Part shown: piece by piece, positions 60,106 through 64,000 of the stretch | How the letters are laid out: every line of letters begins with the position of its first letter | Numbering within the stretch: position 1 is the first letter of the stretch | Source of the DNA: a virus | Virus record (IMG/VR): IMGVR_UViG_3300021964_007043 | Direction: 5' to 3' (one strand) | Length of the DNA stretch: 64,000 nt | The notes under the pieces: generated by a model | Database searches by the model: none | Told to the model about the DNA's origin: nothing | What the model saw: the letters and a program-made list of their open reading frames with translations, nothing else | Translations under genes and position numbers: made by a program

Positions 60106-61105
60106 ATGTTGCAGTCGACCATTCCATGTTATTCTTAGCAAAATCTGTCAAATATGTTAAGCGTTCTTTAGTAACATATTTGTATAATGAATCCATAATG
60201 ATATTTGACTCGTCACCGAAGTACATAGGATAGTCACCTAGTTTGCTAACAAGATAAGCACGACTTTCGTCATTGGCCATCATGCGTTCAAAAGCATTAA
60301 TCACTTCTGCTGTATTAGCACCTGGATGCATAAACAAACCTTTTTGTAAACCATCTCTCCATACTGCTGCAAGAATATATGCTTCAAATACAGGACCCTT
60401 TGGCTCTTTACCAAACTCTTTAGTATATAGATCTACAGCCGTTGGAGTATCAGGCCAGTTGTAGTCTTGTACAAATCCATTGTCTGGTGTAAACATACCG
60501 TGATTGAATAAACGAACTGCTTCGCCTTCTTCTACCATTGGAGCAGTATTTTTAATATGTCTGCTTGCTGGCTCACGGATATATTTAAAGTCTCCACGCA
60601 ACCAAGCCTGTTGTGCTTCACCAGCACTCATTTTGCGAATAAAGTTAATGTTGTCCCAACCCTTTAGCATAGTCCATGCAAGTGTTTCTGGAACACAGCC
60701 AGAACAATCTGCTAGATTTAAAGTTTCGTTTTTCCAATCCCAATCTGATGCAACTGTTGTTGTGATATTGTATGGTTGTACAAGTACCGGCTCCCAATCT
60801 TTGAAACTCCAGTTTACATCTTCAATCAACCATGCATTGGCATTACCACCATGTGCAAGTAGAATAGTTTTTGGATCGTCTTTGTACTTTGTGTTAAAAG
60901 TTTCAAGTCCTACATTTCCTTTACCGCCTTTGATGTTTTCAACAATAACTCGTTCACCGAGATATTTTTCAAGTTCAGCGGCTACAACATCTCCCCATAT
61001 AGCGGTACCTGTGCCTTTAGGACTTGGTACTACGAGTCTGTAATCAGCCATTGCAGTCCCCACGGTTAAGAAAAGTGTCATAATTGCAGTTAGAATATAT
61101 TTCAT
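60080..61105 (-). CDS. tctC: Tripartite tricarboxylate transporter substrate-binding protein (TctC/Bug-like)
   Basis: Signal peptide (MKYILTAIMTLFLTVGTAMA), YRLVVPSPKGTGT...VIVENIKGGKGNVG. Adjacent to tctA. AGGAG SD. Confidence 0.7.
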   Translation of the reverse strand: MKYILTAIMTLFLTVGTAMADYRLVVPSPKGTGTAIWGDVVAAELEKYLGERVIVENIKGGKGNVGLETFNTKYKDDPKTILLAHGGNANAWLIEDVNWSFKDWEPVLVQPYNITTTVASDWDWKNETLNLADCSGCVPETLAWTMLKGWDNINFIRKMSAGEAQQAWLRGDFKYIREPASRHIKNTAPMVEEGEAVRLFNHGMFTPDNGFVQDYNWPDTPTAVDLYTKEFGKEPKGPVFEAYILAAVWRDGLQKGLFMHPGANTAEVINAFERMMANDESRAYLVSKLGDYPMYFGDESNIIMDSLYKYVTKERLTYLTDFAKNNMEWSTATYVEGKTID

Positions 61106-61122
61106 GTGTTTTTTTCTCCTTT

Positions 61123-62544
61123 TTATTTTCTAACATATTTTACTCCAGCGTAAGCTATTAAAAGTGTTAGGAGAAACAAACTTAAGAAAATTGGTCTCTC
61201 CATTAAACTAATAACATTATACAACGAAACCGTCTGTATTGTCAAGGCCTCAATCTTAGAAAATAAGATAAAAGCCAACAGCATCGCTGGTCTGTTTAGT
61301 TCAAATCGTTTGGAAAGTAGGCCAATCGTTGAACATACTGCCAATGTGGCAATATCATAGTATGTATGCGATACTTGATAACAAGCCCAACAAATAAGAA
61401 CAAGTATCAAAGGCGCATAAATTTTTGTAGGAATTTTTAGTAGCAGTATAATCGGTTTGCTTAATGCTACGCATAGTAAGCCTACTAGTACAGTGCCACC
61501 TAAAAATCCCGTTGCAAGATATTTATAAAAGTCGGTATCTGACTGTATAGAAACTGAGCCTAAATCAAAGTGTAGCAGATAAAAAATGCTTAGTATTACA
61601 GCCGCAAATGGTGTACCAGGAATACCAAACACAACAGTAGGTACAAAACTAGCCGCATGTACTGCATTGTTTGCACCCTCAGGACCAACTACTCCTGCAA
61701 TATTACCATATCCAAATTTTCTTTTTTGATAGGTAAATTTTGTTTGAGCATAACTTAACCAATCTGCAACTACACCATGCACTCCGGGAACTGCACCAAC
61801 TATTGCTCCTATTATGCCTCCCTGCAAACTTACACGCCAGTATTTTCTCCAAGCACCTATTCCTAGTTTTACTTGTTGCCAACTAGGATTAAGTTTTTGC
61901 ATTTTTGACTTTGAAAAGAACATATAAAAAAGTTCTGGCACTGCAAATATTCCACTTGCAAAAATAAGAACACTGATGCCATCTTTTAGATATTCTGTGC
62001 CAAAAGTTAATCTTGGAGCATTGTTTTCATCTATACCAACATAACCAAAAACAAATCCTATTAGGATACTCACAATACCTAAACCTATCTTTCCTTTTAC
62101 TAAAAAGATCACACAGGTAAGTGCAAGTATGTTAAGCATCAATAGTTCAGGTATGCCAAACACAAGAAGTAATTTGCTATACAATGGCATGAATAGGAAT
62201 ACTATACTACCAAACAACAAGCCACTAAATGTACTACTGGTAAAAGCTGCACTCAGAGCCATTGTAGCCTTGCCTTTTTGCGCCAGAGGATATCCGTCTA
62301 CAATAGTTGCGGCGCTTGAACTTGACCCAGGTATGCCGAGTAAGATACTACTCCATGTATCACCTGTGGTACAGGCTGCTATCATTGCTGTATAAAATGC
62401 AACACCTAGATAAGGATTGTCATAGAACAATGGAAAGAAAGCATATGATGTTAGAAGTGCTGTGGTAGGACCTGCTGTTGGAATCACACCAAAAACCAAT
62501 CCCCATAATACTCCTAGAACAATAATAAGTAGAACTTCTAACAT
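61123..62544 (-). CDS. tctA: Tripartite tricarboxylate transporter permease TctA
   Basis: Highly hydrophobic. GVIPTAGPT...ILLGIPGSSSSAATIVDGYPLAQKGKATMAL...GVVGPEGANNA...FVPTVVFGIPG are TctA signatures. Confidence 0.9.
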   Translation of the reverse strand: MLEVLLIIVLGVLWGLVFGVIPTAGPTTALLTSYAFFPLFYDNPYLGVAFYTAMIAACTTGDTWSSILLGIPGSSSSAATIVDGYPLAQKGKATMALSAAFTSSTFSGLLFGSIVFLFMPLYSKLLLVFGIPELLMLNILALTCVIFLVKGKIGLGIVSILIGFVFGYVGIDENNAPRLTFGTEYLKDGISVLIFASGIFAVPELFYMFFSKSKMQKLNPSWQQVKLGIGAWRKYWRVSLQGGIIGAIVGAVPGVHGVVADWLSYAQTKFTYQKRKFGYGNIAGVVGPEGANNAVHAASFVPTVVFGIPGTPFAAVILSIFYLLHFDLGSVSIQSDTDFYKYLATGFLGGTVLVGLLCVALSKPIILLLKIPTKIYAPLILVLICWACYQVSHTYYDIATLAVCSTIGLLSKRFELNRPAMLLAFILFSKIEALTIQTVSLYNVISLMERPIFLSLFLLTLLIAYAGVKYVRK

Positions 62545-62550
62545 ATTACT

Positions 62551-62579
62551 ATTATACTATAAAACTGAGGAAGTGTCAA
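62551..62579 (-). promoter_or_regulatory. Perfect sigma70 promoter TTGACA-17-TATAAT for tctA, leaderless
   Basis: Plus strand shows ATTATA at 62551-56 and TGTCAA at 62574-79 with a 17-bp spacer. The tctA ATG at 62544 is 6 nt downstream, no SD. Confidence 0.9.
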
Positions 62580-63510
62580 ATATTTTTGTGTAATTAACAA
62601 ATCCACAAAATCCATTCTTAACTAAACTAAACAACTCTCGAGGATAATGTTTATACATATTTTCCTCCATTTTATAATAAATTTCTAAATAAAAATCATC
62701 TGATGGATGAAAATGATCTGTTTTTGATTTGAATATAAGTTCAGGCCATTCGCTGTTTTTTAAAGCAATAGTATTACACACTCCTTTGTTTTGTTTACCA
62801 TAACTTAGCAAAGGGTGTGTTGCTTGACTTTTTATTAAAGGTAGGGTGCTATTAAAAAAAGTCCACATACCTTGTTTTCCTGTTTCTTCACCGTATAACC
62901 ACCAAATCATTTCTGTAGGAGGACACGGTATAACTACTTCTTTGTCCCAGTCTTCACCTATACAGTTTTCTATAGTTTTACGATATATCCAGCCATCTTT
63001 TTCAAGTTCGCCTAGTCCTCCTACAATAAACTGCTCATTTGGAATCTTATCAAACATACCCATGCTAATAAGGAACCCTCTACTCATATTACCTAGTTTT
63101 ACACTGTAATATTTCATTCGTTCTAAGCATTCGTCGTAGTCGGCTTCGAACCCAATCCAATCATAACCAAGATCATATGCTAGTTTCATACTTTTTTCTT
63201 TATAACTAGAATCAGCCCAAGGATAGTCTTCGTAATATATAGTAGCCTTTTTTCCGTTAGCATGAGCAGAACGTGCTACTATTTCACTATCACTTCCGCT
63301 TACAGGTATTGCTAGATGTAGATCTGGAAGAAGAGATGCAGCACTGATGCATTCTTCTCTAAAGGATTTAGATTCAATAGAAATATTATTTAATATTTGA
63401 TAATCAAACTTTTCTAGTTTTTCTGATTTATCTAAAAAACTCTTAAAGTTTGCATATGGAACATTATTAACAGACCACCATATGTGTTCTGGAAGATTTA
63501 CATATTTCAT
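62557..63510 (-). CDS. Second AANH / asparagine-synthetase-like protein with shortened PP-loop
   Basis: LAIPVSGSDSEIVARS (SGGxDS-like, one residue shorter), FIVGGLGE. No glutaminase domain. Confidence 0.5.
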   Translation of the reverse strand: MKYVNLPEHIWWSVNNVPYANFKSFLDKSEKLEKFDYQILNNISIESKSFREECISAASLLPDLHLAIPVSGSDSEIVARSAHANGKKATIYYEDYPWADSSYKEKSMKLAYDLGYDWIGFEADYDECLERMKYYSVKLGNMSRGFLISMGMFDKIPNEQFIVGGLGELEKDGWIYRKTIENCIGEDWDKEVVIPCPPTEMIWWLYGEETGKQGMWTFFNSTLPLIKSQATHPLLSYGKQNKGVCNTIALKNSEWPELIFKSKTDHFHPSDDFYLEIYYKMEENMYKHYPRELFSLVKNGFCGFVNYTKIFDTSSVL

Positions 63511-63519
63511 TAAAATACT

Positions 63520-63526
63520 TATTTAA
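63520..63526 (-). promoter_or_regulatory. T4-late-like box TTAAATA within a 7-bp inverted repeat, 9 nt before ATG
   Basis: Minus strand TTAAATA-AGTATTTTA-ATG(63510). AATACTT-ATTT-AAGTATT at 63514-63531. Confidence 0.45.
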
Positions 63527-63529
63527 GTA

Positions 63530-64000
63530 TTAGGACATTGCGTTCCAAGCTGAACCGTCGTAATAAACAACATAACTTCCGCCCGAACCTTTTGCAGCAG
63601 GATCCCAAGTTGCTCTATCAGCAACAGCAATCATTCCTTCTGCAACGTCTGTTGGTTCTGCATCTAAAGGAGTTAACATTAACTGTGAAGCAGACCATGT
63701 GCCGTATTTGTTACCTTCATATGTAATACCGGCAGTTGCTGTGGCGTTTGGAACTTGAAGTTGAACTTTAGCTGGTATTAAACTATTTGCTGCTGAACCA
63801 TCTGCAATAAATTTAATAAATCCGCCGTCTGAAATGGTTGAACCATCGTAGCCTGAAGCTACAAACTCTAGTAATCTGTCACCGTTTTGATATGTTGCAG
63901 GAGCACTAGTTGTTCCTCTATATTTAACACTTCTAAAATCAGCAACATTATCACTTTCGTGATATGTTTCTATACTAAAAGCAATGCCACTAGTTCCATT
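63530..64000 (-). CDS. C-terminal part of a virion/fibre-type protein (5'-truncated, absent from ORF track)
   Basis: Hand translation gives 157 open codons from 64000: NGTSGIAFSIETYH...KYRGTTSAPATYQNGDRL...EGMIAVADRATWDPAAKGSGGSYVVYYDGSAWNAMS*. Gly/Ser/Thr-rich with a YYDGSAW end like the fibre domains at 16685-22212. Confidence 0.7.
   Translation of the reverse strand, partial: NGTSGIAFSIETYHESDNVADFRSVKYRGTTSAPATYQNGDRLLEFVASGYDGSTISDGGFIKFIADGSAANSLIPAKVQLQVPNATATAGITYEGNKYGTWSASQLMLTPLDAEPTDVAEGMIAVADRATWDPAAKGSGGSYVVYYDGSAWNAMS

Noticed and set aside
60504-61043. 179-aa plus-strand ORF opposite tctC, and the many other 60-136 aa antisense or alternate-frame ORFs in the track
   Set aside because: They lie wholly inside longer motif-bearing genes, lack SD or promoter signals and have no recognisable motifs. 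Treated as shadow ORFs.
24928-63510. Cellular LPS/capsule locus or integrated prophage junction
   Set aside because: No Wzx/Wzy/ABC exporter, nucleotide-sugar synthesis genes, housekeeping genes, integrase or att-like repeat. Flanked on both sides by virion-type genes and carries T4-late-like boxes.
1-64000. tRNA, rRNA, CRISPR array, IS element or diversity-generating retroelement
   Set aside because: Coding density leaves no gap above about 80 bp. No repeat-spacer pattern, transposase or reverse-transcriptase motif was seen.

Overview
AT-rich, densely coding segment of a large T4-like (myovirus-type) phage genome. No rRNA, tRNA, CRISPR or mobile element was seen. 1-24878 (+ strand) is a virion baseplate/tail block: the end of a gp6-like wedge protein, a 5190-aa wedge-initiator-like protein, three paralogous fibre proteins and a further paralog pair, one member carrying a LamG module. 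24928-63510 is an almost gap-free ~39 kb island of tailoring enzymes: 13 radical SAM proteins (9 with Twitch/SPASM-type Cys clusters, 4 with a B12-binding-type architecture), 9 Fe(II)/2OG-type or cupin oxygenase domains (incl. a TauD-like protein with HxN instead of HxD), 5 glycosyltransferase-like proteins, 2 SGNH-like proteins, a methyltransferase, a GNAT, 2 stand-alone asparagine-synthetase-like ATP pyrophosphatases and a TctA/TctC transporter pair without TctB. A second, inward-pointing virion-type gene missed by the ORF track starts beyond the right edge and ends at 63530. Regulatory signals are unusually clear: consensus sigma70 promoters, three of them 5-6 nt from an ATG (leaderless), and T4-late-like TAAATA boxes 5-9 nt before ATGs at most strand-switch points. 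All product calls come from motif recognition by eye, not database searches. The substrate of the island (virion glycan or protein, host surface, DNA, or small molecule) is an inference.
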